Below, piece after piece: positions 42,442-57,552 of a DNA stretch of 64,000 bases. The notes beneath the pieces were generated by a model. The model did not search any database. It was given only the letters and a program-made list of their open reading frames with translations, and was not told the origin of the DNA. Source of the DNA: Octopus vulgaris (Eukaryota); the NCBI GenBank assembly GCA_951406725.2, contig OX597825.1, forward strand, positions 88,722,001 to 88,786,000. The letters run 5' to 3'. Position 1 is the first letter of the stretch. Each line of letters starts with the position of its first letter. A program made the translations under genes and the position numbers.

Positions 42442-43624
42442 TATATACATACACGCGCGCACACACACAAAAATCTCTCTTGATATATATGTGTGTGTGT
42501 GTGTATGGTAGTGTCGTTTTGTATGTTTCTTCATTCTATATTTATTCATTCTCTCTTTTGTCCTCACTCAATGTCTTTCCCTTTCAATTCGTCTTCTAAT
42601 TGCTTCCCCAACACGTTTCACTTCTATGTATATATATTCTAATTTAGAATATTATCAACATCATGCTTTATGGGAAAAATGGAATATATATAAGAATCAA
42701 AATAGTCTTAAGTCCCATGCCATATCCGTTTACTACATCTAATACACACCTTTTTTTTTTTATTTATCTTTGTTCTCTGATCCCTAAATCATTTACGTAA
42801 CACTTTAAAAATTTGCCCAGTATGACACATCGAAAATTTTAAACAGTGTCGAGAATTCCTCTGCTAAAGTTCCTTTTCCTTAAACTAAGCCATACATTTT
42901 TCATGATGAATATCGAATTCGTTAATACGGGAAATTATAAATGTTTAATTGTTACTATTCATTCCCCTTTTTAAACAACAATGTGTTTCCGTTCATAGAT
43001 TCGTAAATCTCCAAGATTAGGAGTAAAGTATTCTCCCCATCAAGGAGAAATTTCAACCACATCCAACTTCCATTTCTCATGAAATATTATGTGGAGTGCT
43101 AAAAACGATAAAACGGATTAAAACTTAAACGGAAACTCAATTTCAATACACATTCTCTATTTAAGAATTGTATTAAATGAAGGATGTTCAGAACAACAGC
43201 TGGACACCTCACATACTTACACAATAGCAATGTCTCTCCTGTAACTCCAAATTTTGCCTTTCCCAACAACACATACGGACAATGTACATTATTAACTTAT
43301 GTTGGTTCCGAATTTTGGTATAAGGCTAAAAATTTCGTGAGAGGAGGTAGTTGATCACAACAGTCCCAGTGTTCAGCTGCTACTTATCTCATCGGCCACG
43401 AAATGATGAAAAGCAAAGGTGACCTCAGCGGAATTTTATTTCAGAACGTGAAGACGGGCGAAATGCAGCTAAGTCCTTTGTCCGTTCTGTTAACGATTCT
43501 GCTAACTAACCGCCTTACTATTCCTTTAACATTGAATGGTATGTTTCAAACATATTCTATCAGTAATGTCAGCTCTTACGTAATGTATATCATTGGTGGG
43601 ATATTTCACCGAATATATATTTTT

Positions 43625-44050
43625 TTATCGTAGACAGGTGCAAGCGTTGATGTACAGTCGATGGGCAGTAACTGGTGAAGTCGAGGCTGTCGGTAATCGG
43701 ATGTAGAGATCTTAGAGAATGGATGGTGAAGGTGCTTGGTGTACAGATAATGAGGTAGTCGGAGATGGAGTCCGAGGACAAAGAAAGATAGAAGGGAGTG
43801 TTTCTGACAAGGCACTGTCCTAGATTGTTCGGCCTACAGCACATCTCCAGCGGTCTGCTCGTCTGCTATCTTTATTACAATATCGACAAGGCATCGATTG
43901 AGCGGAGAGTAGACAGAGGGGGGGGGGGCAGGGAATGTTAATGTAGTGTGAACACTTCTGGAATTCGATTCTTTTTCCTGGTTGGTGGGACTCATTTACA
44001 AGCAGGTCCAGGGTGTCCAACCGGCTAAGTTTTGAAGATTAGAGATTGAA
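43625..44050 (-). pseudogene. Possible decayed PLE RT N-terminal fragment
   Basis: DIVIKIAD (compare IVIKPADKG) and FYLSLSSD. Confidence 0.35.
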
Positions 44051-44318
44051 CATAGAGGAAGACCGTTATTTTCCAATTCCGTCTCTATTCACATTCTTCC
44101 TTCTCTTTTCCAAATTTCTTTTCTCGTTTCTTCCCCTCTGTTTTCTAACTGAATTCCTATTACTTCTCTCTCCCCTCTCCCTCATCATCTCTTTCTTTCC
44201 TTCTGCATGTATATATACATTCATACACGTGCAATCACACGCACACACATATATATATATATATATTATGCACACACAGACACATATCTATTTTTATGAA
44301 TGCCGATGTATGTCTATC

Positions 44319-44374
<56 letters not shown>

Positions 44375-45249
44375 ACGAGAGATGGGAATGAAAGAACGTC
44401 ACATTTATTGTGAGATTGCGAAGGAAAGAGTGAGGTGCAATAATTTGATGTATATATATACTGTTTCAATTCTAGTTACGTTGTCATTTGTAAGAGAAAG
44501 CAGTTGTATGTGTTTGGTGTGAGATAAACAGCTATTTAGTTGTAAATGAAGTATTAAATATATAAACTTTCTTAATGGCTTTCACGTGAGAATATATAGA
44601 AAGTTATATGATTTCATTCTGAAAATGTCTATTGAATATGTGAAAATTATTAGAATTTATAAGAATTCTCACAAAAGAATGAAGAAGAGTTCTATGAATG
44701 TATCCCAGCCACTCGTTCTAATACTTTCGATGAAACCACATAAATTCTATTGTATTTTGAATGTCCTGACAAATTGCATGGAAGTCATATTGAAATGTCC
44801 AACTGATCCAACCATTTTGAAGAATTGCCCGGCTATAGAAAAGTCAATATATTTGCGTTCATATATTTATTGTTGAATTAATCCTTCAATATATTTGCCT
44901 GATTTTCAGTATTCTATTATCCGTGATTTAAGAAAACAGAAGACATCAATATGATGACAAAGGACAAAATTCAACAAAATAAGTTCAGCTGATCTGAACC
45001 AACAATGCTTACTTCCGAAAACTTATATTAAGTATATTTTAGGCGTGAGAGAAATTCTAAAGTTTAACTCAAATGGATTTGTATTCATCTGCGATGGGGG
45101 TTCAATTTCTTTTGACAATAATTTTATCATCCGGTTGCATCAGATTCGAGTTAACAGCCTGAGCCGCCAATACTCGAGATCGCACGAACAATGGATCCAG
45201 AGTGGCGATCACTGGTACCTACGGAAATGCAACGCAGTCACTTCTACTG

Positions 45250-46245
45250 AATGTCAGATGCTCGTAAAAGAAACCTACATTTTCTACTTGAGAGATTTTA
45301 CTACATGCCATCAAAATCTATGTATAGCACTCACTGAGATACATATACGGTAAAACAAATGTAGAAATACACATACCAAAGTCTCTTGTATTATGGAATG
45401 AAGGAGAGATTCATGGTGGAGCTGCGATCTGCATCAGCAAAAGCCTTGTGCCACTAACTCTCTTCTGATATTCAAACTCTATATGACATACTCTTAGTAC
45501 ATAAAAGCAACTAGAAATAGTTCTATGTAATATATATCGCCTACACGTTAGATCATATGGATGATTTTGAAGGCAGCTTCACAAAAACAAAAGTATGAAC
45601 CAAACTTGTTGAAACCATCTGTGAACTTAGAAAAGACTTAAACAATGTCAGATGGCTAAAAACCATGACGGCCACCTAGAGAATATTTGTCTTCGGCTGT
45701 CTAGATTAATGCTCCCAAATGTGGTTACCATATGACCGCTAAGATTAATTAAAAGTTGAATTTAAAGTAACCCAGTGTTGCTATACGATAATTGTATCAG
45801 AACAACAGACCAAATACTGTAAAAGTGAAGATTCTACTCGAAAGAGCAAAGCGGGTGAGATATACCGAAATATATTCCTGGAAGATCTTGGATGGTGTCG
45901 CATGAAAATTTGACATTAAAGATTATACTAATCCGAGGAAGAGGGGAACACTGCAGAGGACCGAAAACCCTATCTTTACCATCTCGATTTGGGAACAGAT
46001 AATGCTATAGTTTACATTTCAAAGGACCACAAGTTTTCAGTATCCAACCCCGAGACAAGAGACACACACGAAGATGTCTTCAAAGCAGATATTCAAGTGC
46101 CTGGAATTCTAGTGGAACACAATTGGTCGCGGTAACATTTACGTCCCTCATTCATTTAATACCAATAAAAGAAGGAAGGTCGGTAAATGTGTTGCAACTT
46201 CAAAGGCAGTGCCCAGCATAGCCACAGGCTACGGGCTGAAACACT
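45250..46245 (+). pseudogene. Internally deleted CR1/L2-type LINE (AP endonuclease remnant plus 3' tail)
   Basis: IALTEIH, HGGAAICI, LEIVLCNIYR; tail GGCAGTGCCCAGCATAGCCACAG...CTGAAAC like 6420-6460. Confidence 0.6.
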
Positions 46246-48447
46246 AACATTATAAAGGTACATATATACATATACCCCAATACACACACATACACACACG
46301 TATATACATGTATATACTTTTGTACATATGCTTATAGGTGCGCGCGCACGCACACACACACACATACACACACACATACACACACATACACATATATATA
46401 TTCCTTCATTAAATACATCGAGGTTCTTATGGACGTTTTTCGATTTAGAAACAATTCCTAAATGGAATGCAAATTGCTATAACTAATTTTTCCCCAGGCA
46501 CTATTCATGACCAAGTTCTTCACAGAAATTTCAAATCTGAAATCAATTCTAATTGAAACCATTCTTCTAATACGGATTCAGTTGCAGCAGTGAAATTCTA
46601 TTATTGGTGCTACTGCAAGAACACATAACGACATTACAGTTCTTGTTTGGGGATAAATTGGTGATAATTGTATATATCGTTAAGTAGTGACTAGCTTGGA
46701 GAAATTCAGCGAATCACTTCATTACAAAATTCCATTTATTATTACCACAAAATATCATTATGCTTGAATATGTGGTTATATGTATCTTTATGTGAATGTA
46801 TTTTGTGTATGCTTGTGCAAGCATTCACTGTGTTACTGTACTTATGAGTGTGTGTTTGCGTGTGTGTGAGTGAGTGTGTAAGTGTGTGTGTGTGTGTGTG
46901 TGTGTATAATACATATTTTAAATTTACTTTAGCAATAGCATCTTAAGACATGTGTTCCCTTTTGTAAGTTATGGCGTCCCAGGCTACAGAAGGAAATTAC
47001 TAGTTGACTGAATGGAAATAACATAAAAGGCGCTTTTGTTCTTTTATCACTTCATACACATTATATAAGAAAACAACAATACAAATTCAATTTAACTAAA
47101 ATTGATTTTGCATATATATATGCGTTGTGTACTGTTGGTCTTTCTTTCTGCTTTTATGCAAAACCAATGATTAAATTTGAAGAACGAAGAAAAATAGAAA
47201 GAAGAAAAGATTAACTGAATACAAGAAATTGTCTGAATAAAAATATACCAACTTCAAATCCTTTAAAAACTAATACAAAAGCTAACAAACACTGAATTGA
47301 ATTACTGCAAAGCAAAATATGCATGATTTACGATAAAAGATTCTATATAATACATAAAAAGAATAACTACCGTATTGAATAATGATAAGATTTCGAAAAG
47401 AAGACAGTTTGTTGGCCATTCAAATTGATAAAGTAAAGAACATGAGTGTTCTATGCAGCAGTGTGTGTTTTTTTGTTTTAATGTAGTTTAAAATGTAGGT
47501 GTGTGGCACCGGGAATCTTATCTCTTTTAACTGTTTAAAATATCTCGCCTTTTACTCAGTGACAACTCAATCTTTATAAATTGTATCTGATATATCTGCA
47601 ATTGTTGGTCCACTCTATGAAACGGAATAGACAAATAACAATAATTATATAAAATATAAGAAAAGAAATTTGCTTGCAAAGAATAATTTATAACCATGTA
47701 TTTAAGAAGTTAAGTATTTTTCAACCACGCGGTCTAGAATTTCGCATGTTTCGCTCAACAACTTTATAAAGTTTCATCTAGTGTAACTTTAGATTAACTA
47801 ACAGCTTTTTAAGAAAACTTGTTTTTTATAAACATAATAACATACATATATATGGGGGAAGGTCTGAGTGTCTGTGATGAAATAGTTGTGAAGTTCTCTT
47901 AACCGCATCAAGATACCTTGTGGTATTTGAGCTTGTTTCTTACATTCTTTAAGTCTACCAAAGAATTCGATAAAAAATGAAAAGAATATATAGTGAGTTT
48001 GATAAACTCGACACGAAAGCGATAGCCGGCATTATATGCCACATTGCGTTGAGTGAAACATACAAAAGTCTTTAAAATTCATGGGAATAAACCATCTTTT
48101 TATGTATTGCAGTAATTCCCATCTGCGCCCTTGAGCGTCTCATCTGTCCAATGTCCGTTGAAATGAGCGCAATCCAGTTCCACACAGTGAAAATGCTATG
48201 AACTTAAAACGTAATATTCATGAGAAAGTTTTTTAGGAAAGTATTTGGAACGATTACTTTTGTAGTGTTTTTGTTGGCTATTATTCAATTTCTTGTATTG
48301 CAACAATTTAATTAATACTAATTACATATTTGTATGATGAATTAATTGGCTATATTTACTTAATTCTTTATTTTCGGAGATTTCTGCGTCTATTATGAAA
48401 TATCAATTAGGTTCTGGATGTAAACCAGTGAATTGCATTCTTCCAGT

Positions 48448-48494
<47 letters not shown>

Positions 48495-48817
48495 TTTAAC
48501 AGTCTGAATTCGGAAGTATTTTGCTGTTGCTATTGTTATTGTCAGTATGTGTGTGTCTTGTGTGTATGTGTGTGTCTTGTGTGTATGTGTGTGTATGTTG
48601 TGTGTGTGTGTTTGGAAAATATAGCTCCTGAAAATGGCATTTATGCATGCAAGATACGTGTTAATGAGTGTGAGGAAAATAGGACTCAGTCCCGATGCTG
48701 AATTAGCTACACGTTTCTCCTTTTTGCTTTTGATCAGGATACGATCAACCTTTAACTATCATTTTGATGTATAGAATTTATGACTTTATTATCCATTACG
48801 CACACTTTCGTATAGAC

Positions 48818-48884
<67 letters not shown>

Positions 48885-49749
48885 TGTGTGTATAATGTTC
48901 CCCACACATAAAAACATATCTCAAACTTGCTATGTGTATATCTCGAACACAAAAATGCTGCTGAGAATATGTTGTTTCGCGATAAATATAGAGGTTGCGT
49001 GTAAATATATAAATTACATACGACAATGGAATGTGAAACGATACGTCAACACGCTCAAGTTTATATTAGTTAAAGGCACTTGACATTTCTATTTCCATAG
49101 AAATTATATACAAACAGAGCATTGATGCTTAGCTAAATAATTTGAAATTCCACATTTGTCTTTGCTACTTTGATTTTTCAAAATTAGAAATTCATCGATT
49201 TCCTGAAGGAATTCTTCAAAATTTCAACATATTTATGGATAATTAAAACTTCTCTTCAAGCAGAAGTAATCACTTAAAATAAACAAAGTTCTAACAAAAT
49301 TTATTTACATTGTAAATCTAAGAATCAACAATTGTGCATGAGGAATTAAACAATTATTTTAGGATTAGGTTTCCTTTGGGGTATTGCATTATTTTGCAAA
49401 CCGTAAAGTTACAACGAAAACAGTTATATCTCTCTCAGCAGGTGATATTACAGAAAGTTCTGATATAATAACACTTCAACGAAGATGCAAAATAATAACT
49501 TGAATTACTTCAAGTAGAAGTGATACCTCGTAGCACCTGCTACTATTTTATATAATGTGCGAAAAATTTAGATTTCTATTCCAACACATCTCAAGTAGAA
49601 TTGATCATAGCGGTAATACCATGTCAAAAGTAAGCTTGATCAGAATTGAATTGAGGCTAGGACAATGTAGGTTCGTCACATAAACAAGTCAACACAACAT
49701 ATTATGTAAAAGAAACTACTAAGCAACTCCCCCCCCCCCAGATGGAAAA

Positions 49750-50180
49750 CAGCGTTTGCAGAAAACAACGACATTCTACGCTGCTATTATTGGATGGTTA
49801 ACCACGCTAATAAGATGTAAGACGAATAATGAGTTTACACATCACCAATTAGAATTTACGAATAAATTAACAAACCCTATGAGGACTCTTCTCAGGAAAC
49901 TCTTGCACTGAGAGGAAAGCTTCGGTAGCGCAGGCGAAGTTTTCAGTTGTATGAATCGCAACTACTAATTCACAAGCATTGTAGAGGGAGATTAGGAAGG
50001 AAAATGTTACAGCTACGAAAGCTCCCTCTCCAGAGAATTTTGAATCATTCGGGTTGAAAGCCTGGAGCGACAAATGGGATTTCAACCTTAATGCATCATG
50101 GCTAAATGCGGTGACAAGAGAATACTGTTCCGACAACAACAGTAACACATATACGTTTGAACCAGATGCATTTACATACA
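49750..50180 (+). pseudogene. R4/Dong-type LINE pre-RT fragment
   Basis: ALYREIRKENVTATKAPSPENFESF...WSDKWDFNLNASWL. Confidence 0.5.
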
Positions 50181-50232
50181 AATATCACATGCCTACATAC
50201 ATAGCTACCTACCTACATACATACATACATAC

Positions 50233-50883
50233 ATGATGGCTGCCCCCTCGTTATCGAGTATGGTCATTGCACGAAGCTTAACTGTTATTGGTGCTGTGAT
50301 CGAATGTGACTTTTATTTGCTTTTTAAGGCTACAGCCAGCCATTCAGTTGAGACTCACAGTACTATCAACAATCATGAACAATGTTGTTATCGTGCAATG
50401 CCTGTGCAGGAAGACATTTTTAAAGGGAGGAAAGGATGTGCACTGAGTCAATCCCACTCACTAAGCAACAGCAGCGATAATCCCAAAAGAAGAACAAGTC
50501 AACATCATCGGTAACCATTGAGCCGCAGGTTTTATGTCGGAGTTATCCCAGTTACCTGAGTTACCTTTTCTTAGAAGGATGCCCTAACAAAGGCGAGGAG
50601 TCCTTCACCCCCAATGGTTTAACCGCACGATCAGGTATTCAATCCGATTATTTCTATGTCCCCGCGCATGATACAGCCTTAAGACATTTATTGGATGGCC
50701 GTTGACTCTCAAGAGTTCCTCCGCCCTTTCACGGGTTTTGTTTTTCATCCCGCTGGGTGTCTAATAAACACCCTCCTCACCAAGCAAGCTTGGTGGGGTT
50801 GCCGGTTTAGTCGCCGACTGCCCGACCGTGCAACAGGTTATACTGGGTTAAATGTTACCAGTAGCACTCGAAAGTGACCTGAC
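50233..50883 (-). mobile_element. GC-rich non-coding insertion in (TACA)n, probably a non-autonomous RTE derivative
   Basis: Sharp boundaries within the microsatellite; minus-strand GAGGAGGG near the 5' end and a CGAGGGGGCAGCCATCAT 3' end. Confidence 0.5.
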
Positions 50884-53639
50884 ATACATACATACCAACA
50901 TACATACATACATATATGTATACAAAAATATACACACACATATATGCGTTTACATACATTCATACCTACATACATACATGTATACAAACAGGTACACACA
51001 CATATATGTGTACGTACATTCATATATACATAAAGCATGCAATCATATATACATATATAACATGCATCCATACATTCGTACATATGTACGTACATACTGA
51101 CAAACATGTTTTCGAAAAGTATTAGTAATTTTCTCCTCTGAGAATCATTTCTGCAACATAAAACTACTGGCATCGAGAATATACTTCCTGTTTCTATTTG
51201 CTTTTCCCTCAACTACAACCACATACTGCACACAGGCACGCTTTCAGTCGGTTAACATAAGACATAGGAGCAATGAGTAAACTGTTTGAAAGGATATGCT
51301 TAGAAAATGTATTGCATTTCTAATGATACACAATAAATAATAAGGCTGCTGCAGAATGTAAGTGAAATACAGAAAAATAAATCTAGCATCCCAAATCGCA
51401 GAAAGAGTAACAAAACCTACTATCAGCTGATAGAAGGCAATGCTAAGTTATGAATAACGGCAACGGGACAGGCATTTAAAGTGACGGAATCCTATTTCAA
51501 ACGGATATCAACCTATATCGAATAGAATTCGAAATAAACCCATTGTTGTGTCAATAAAACTTGCTGTCTGTAAATTAGGTTGCTTAAACATAAATGAACG
51601 AATAGTGCCATTTATGGAGAGAAAAGAGTGACGGGAGATGGCAATCGTTTATGCCAGTCAACCAACACAGGAAATATAGAATTATGCAAAAATCTGAAAT
51701 ATGACCCCTACTAATGCTCAAATATGCCAGCGTAAATCAGCTCGATAGGATAACACTTATGAATAGCAACAGTACAAATATCAAAGCAAACTATATTTTC
51801 TATCAAGTATAGATGAGGAATAAATATAATTCTCGATCGAATGAGTCGCTTTGCCAAGAAAAAATGTATGATGGAGAGTCAAATATAGTCATTTGAAACG
51901 ACTAAACACCAAAGAAATATATGGAGTTTCTGAAAAACAAATATCATACTTCAACCACTCAACGAATCAACAAGAAAATTAGGGAAAATCTTTAAGGATA
52001 TTTGCAGATATAACAACAAATATGTGAAGGCGTAAAGATATGAAAATAAACAATAGGAATACATTAAAACAAAATAACTGATCACAAACAAAGGAAAGGG
52101 TAAACTTCTATGCAGCTAGGAGTGTCCCAGAACAGAACCGGTGAGCCAGAGAAGAGAGAAGTTCAAGCTACGTAGACGACGAACTTCAGGTGAGACGATA
52201 TTGATAATAATTCAGAAACTACTATCACTATAATGCTAACTTCACACAAATAAACTTAACAATGAGTGCTCGAGTACAATAGAAGCTGGGCCACCAATGA
52301 GGAATTTCGGATAAAAGCAACAAGGTAAATGGGGCCTTTTCTAACGAATACCTATACGAACTAATGAAATGAGGTCCTCGGAATACAGAGAAAATCCATT
52401 TCCAGAGAAAAGTAAATACCTCGTGACTGCCTGATACTCGTCTCTGTTTCGTAATGAACCCAACATATATACGCATTATTTAAGCTATACTACACGATAG
52501 TGATGGGAATACCGAATGATTTCTAGATATATATATACAAATAATCACAGCAGTAAGAAATTATGATATAAAGATAAGATTCAATACTGTTTACTTCCCA
52601 GTAACTAATCCGAAATATTTATACTTTAGCTCCTAAGATATTAGGAACATTACGCGTCAATGGAAAATAAAAGAACATTTGTACGTGAAACGAGGCGCTT
52701 TAGAATTCGAAATAATCGTTTCTATTTCACACGACACATTTCTAACAAGCTATCAGTAAAAAGTATATTAATGCGAGAGAGTTTATCCTCATTAGAAATA
52801 AACACAATCCTAAAGAGGGACATCTGAAGTGCAGATGTAGAAGACTACAAGCTTGGGTGATGCAATGCATCCCATCGAAAAGAATTTGTGAATAAGAATG
52901 CAGCACCGAGATAAGAGCGACACGTTTTAACATCAATAAGATAATATTTAATTGCAATTCTCTTTGATACGACTTTAGCGATAAAATATGATATCCTTCC
53001 TGTCTATGGGTGGTTCCAACATATATAAATCAGACCAATATCGGCTTGCATTGAGCAGGCCAGTCAGTTTGACATTACACAAGAGAACGTAAATGTTTCC
53101 AAAAGATGCAATTTAATAGTACTTTTTTTTATTCAGTAGTTTTTGATGTATTCCAACTGGATTATCTTTTAAATGTCACCATTCTTTCCTTTAATTCAGT
53201 GGAGAACATCTTTGAATTTTAATAGCCATTTGCTTTTCTATAAATGTTTTGTTATATCCCTCGTCAAATGGACACTATGCTATCACGCTCTTTTATTTAT
53301 GTATTGTGATATTCAAAACGCCTTTCTTAAGTTTCGTTATTTCTGAAAGTCTGAAGTAGATAACATGTTACCATATTTTTTTTTATATGTAACTAGAGTG
53401 AGACTCCCAAACTTTCTCTCTCTCTCTCTCGCTCCCTCTTCTTGTCTATTTGTTTTTGCTGCAAGTTTCATTACTATGCAATATGTAGTGTAATATATTC
53501 CTCTCTACAGGTCTAATCGATTTACTAAACGCGAAACTGAATATAGAAATATATTTTCGATTCCTCATTGTTTCAGTTAGTATCTGTGTTGCTCGCTGCC
53601 TCACACTTTTATCGCAATCTTTACTTCATATCTCTCTCT

Positions 53640-53961
53640 CTCCGGCGAACATAAGGCAGTTGAGGGTGAATACGAGCTCTGCCAGACGAAGAAGGGTGGA
53701 GGTGCTGGGTGTTGGGTGGTCGAGGAAGAATTGGAGGGCTAAGAGACGGTCAAGGTGAAGAGTAGGTGTGAGGGGCCGGGAGGGAAGGAAAATAATTTAA
53801 AAGGCGAAAGCCGTGATTGGTGTCGTGTATGTGCGATGGAAGGGCAGCAACTAAAGGGTACAGGATGCAGTGAAGGTATTTTGAAATGAATTCGGTGGGT
53901 TAATTCCAGGCGGAAACAATGGGGCGGCGATGGTTGTCTGGTTTAGGTATTTTGGGAAGGA

Positions 53962-53963
<2 letters not shown>
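53640..53963 (-). pseudogene. PLE RT fragment
   Basis: [18 protein letters not shown], matching the PLE motif LPKIHK...RPIVS. Confidence 0.65.
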
Positions 53964-54019
<56 letters not shown>

Positions 54020-54083
54020 TACACATACGTATATACATATATACATATATACATATATATACATATATACATATATACATATA

Positions 54084-54123
<40 letters not shown>

Positions 54124-54924
54124 CATGTATACACATATATATATATACATATTTTCCTACGGCGGTTTTCGGTTATTCTACCTTAAGCTTTCTCTTAGGT
54201 TATATTATTTATTTTGTCTTTTCTCTGAGTAAGGGAGGATATAATGATTCAACGTCACTTATACTCAAGTGTTATCATTATACCTAAAAACCCTAACTAC
54301 AGTTATAATGTCATAGAGACATATACGCATGGAACGCTATATTAATGACATGTATGTTGAATATTTTAATCGTGTCCTTTAAACCTCTATAAGAAACCTA
54401 AATCAAAGATTACAGAAATGCATATTTATCTATGCTCAGTTGAAAAACAAACGTGAAGAGAAACATTTTCTTTTTAATTATTTTTTATTATATAATTATA
54501 AAATTTTATATTATTTACAAGAAGAAAGATAACTTTGTCGTGAAGAAAAACGACTATAAATTCCTTAGCTAATTTCTTCTTTCTATCTAATACATTAACC
54601 AGCAAATCAAAATAGATTTGTGATTAACTTAGACATGGCATAAAAATTACCGATGTCTCCAAAAGAGTGAGTGACGTGGAGTTATGTGACAACCAACGAA
54701 CACTGAAATATTTTCCAAAATCCAGGGTTTTTATAACTGCTCAACTTGACTTAAAAAGAATCGAAATCCCTGACAAATATTATTTTCGAAACTTCTAGAA
54801 TCTTTATATGAGCAGTTATAATAACCAATGGGAAAAAACGAAAATGATAATTCTTCGGCAATACGACATTACGTCATATTGCCAATTCGCGCTACATTTC
54901 AAAATGGCTAAAATGGTTATTGCT

Positions 54925-54927
<3 letters not shown>

Positions 54928-54980
<53 letters not shown>

Positions 54981-55275
54981 TACATATATATACATATATA
55001 CATACATACATATACATATATACATACATATACATATATACATACATATATGTATATATAGATACATATACATATATACATACATATACATATATACATA
55101 CATATACATATATGTATACATATATATATACATACATGTATACATATATGTATAAGCATATATATGTAGATGTATATATATATATACATATATATATACA
55201 TATATATAAACATATTTACGTACATGTATATATACATACATATACATATATACAAATATATAAATACACACACAC

Positions 55276-55320
<45 letters not shown>

Positions 55321-55368
55321 TATAAATACACACACACATATGTGTGTGTATATATATATATATATATA
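54928..55368. repeat. Complex (TA)n/(TACA)n microsatellite
   Basis: Direct sequence. Confidence 0.95.
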
Positions 55369-55381
55369 GTGTAGGTGACAT

Positions 55382-56918
55382 ACTAGTGGGTATATATTTA
55401 TAAAAAAGAAGTTTGAAAACGCCACTATATACGATAAATTTTAATTTTCTGAGACATTTTACATGCTTCGGTTCTTCTTGAAAAACGAACGTTATCAAAA
55501 AATATATTTTTAAAAGTTAAGTGTAATAAAAGAAAAGTTCATAATTGTTTCTTACTAGTCTCAACAGAGTCCACGTGGAAGCGTTTTATGTGTGGGAACA
55601 TAATGGCTGTCTTGTGCATTGACTAGAATCGTTGGCTGTAATAGTGACTTTCAATATTATACCCAACGATCCTTGTCAACGTGAAAAAAGAGTCTTACTC
55701 AAGGACACAACATAACATGAGGAATTGAACCTACGACCATGAGCCAAATGCCCTAACCATTAAACCATTTGTTTCCACATATATAACGAAAGAAATACAC
55801 ATACACACAAACTGTTGTAGTTATCAGAAAGTTGAATGTCTCTATAACAAAACAGAAGTGGAATCCAAAAAGACAATCAAGTAGCAACAGTCACATTACT
55901 CTAGATCAATAACTTAACGAATTCCAAAGAGGAAGCCATAGCAGTAATGGACGACAACATTTGTTATGAAAGAATTGAACCGTTAGAAAACCACATCCAG
56001 AATGTTATGAAAGAATTGTTATGATTCTCATGAAATAAGACTTGAAACAAAACAGAATTAGTGATCTAAAATGTGATTTGTATAGACAGAAAGAGCAGTA
56101 TGCTACAAGAGATCACACAGCACACACACGATATCTTATGTTAGAGATGTTGCTTTCATTAGTACCGGAGAAGATAATAGCCCAGATCTGGCTATTGTTA
56201 TCATGTCAATGGAACAAACAAATAAAAAGACTGGCACTTCATTGGCTACAACAACAAGGGTCCCAGTTAATCTGATCAACAGAACAACCTGCTCATGAAA
56301 TTAACATAGCCACAGGGAGATTCAGTGTGACAGTATTTGACAAAGCCGGCCCTTTAAAATACACGTAATACTCACTTTTGCCAGCTGAGTGGACTGGTGC
56401 AATGTGAAATTGTCATACTCAAGGACAATACGTGCTGCTGTGTAGTAACATAAAAATGATACAAGACACTATATAGTTATATGTTGAGCCACTAGTTATC
56501 AACTTTCCTAAGTAGGCAGATTTCTTTAAGATTATAGTATGTATACATACTTACACACACAATTTTTTTGTTTTGTTTTGAAATTTAAGATGTTTTACAG
56601 AATTTTAATTAAACCCTTATTTTTGTTATATTTCTCTTGAAAAGCACTTCACCTTAATTTGAAAAGTAATGAACAATTTAGTAAAACAACTTATTAAGCT
56701 GGTGTTTAGAACATAAATTAACAGGAAATTATTATGCAAAGTTTAATTTGTTGATACTAGTAAGAAACAATTATGAACTTTTATTACATTTAACTTTTAG
56801 AACTATATTTTTTTGATAACGCTCGTTTTTTCATGAAGAACTGAAAGTGTAAAATTTCTCAGAAAATTAAAATTTATCATACAGTGGCGTTTTCAAACTT
56901 CTTTTATATATACACTAG
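55382..56918. repeat. ~170 bp inverted repeat pair (55382-55559 / 56756-56918) enclosing SINE remnants
   Basis: AAAAGAAGTTTGAAAACGCCACT...TTCATAATTGTTTCTTACTAG and its reverse complement. Confidence 0.8.
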
Positions 56919-57089
56919 CATTAAAGACCCGTCGTTGCCGGGTCATAGTGCTAGTGCATGTATATATATGTGTATATATATGTGTACATATTACATGTAC
57001 ATCTATATATATACATCTACACATAAATTACAATATACAAAGTTATATCTTGATATCGCTAGTGATAACAATACTCAAAATATATAACA

Positions 57090-57405
57090 GACTGGAATTG
57101 TTAGCCCGTCTCTTGTAATTTCGATCAATTGTATTTTGTCCCCCCTCTTGTATAGAAGTGTGGCTACAATCCAGCCTACCTCTACTTCTGGGGGGATGGC
57201 ATTTTAAAGTTTTTTTCCGGGACGTCCTACGTCCCAGATATTAAGGTAAAAATAAAATATTTCCACTTTGCAAGTTCGAGTCGAGTACTCCCTTGCACGC
57301 TCCGTTGACTCGAACCTTGCTTCTATTGTGGCGAATTTACCGCCTCTGATTAGATATCTTTCATAGTCGCACCAAGACACTTTTCGAAGGTGCTTTCCTC
57401 CATGT
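57090..57405 (-). pseudogene. Fragment of a third Gag/ORF1 family member
   Basis: YLIRGGKFATIEARFESTERAREYSTRT...GRRTSR...EVGWIVATLL. Confidence 0.65.
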
Positions 57406-57552
57406 TATTTCTTTATTACCCACCAGGGGCTACGAAGAATGGCGGACATAACAAAACATGGGGGACATAGAACAATATGATTAAATTTATGAGCAAATGA
57501 AAATGAAAAAATGATAATATGAAAGCGATGCTAACGGCCCCCTCCGCCAGCA

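Noticed and set aside
50690-50883. HDV-like or twister ribozyme at the 5' end of the RTE-like element
   Set aside because: Could not assemble the required pseudoknot or conserved core by eye; needs a covariance search
51400-52500. Possible ancient LINE or LTR remnant
   Set aside because: A-rich strand bias only; no diagnostic motif found
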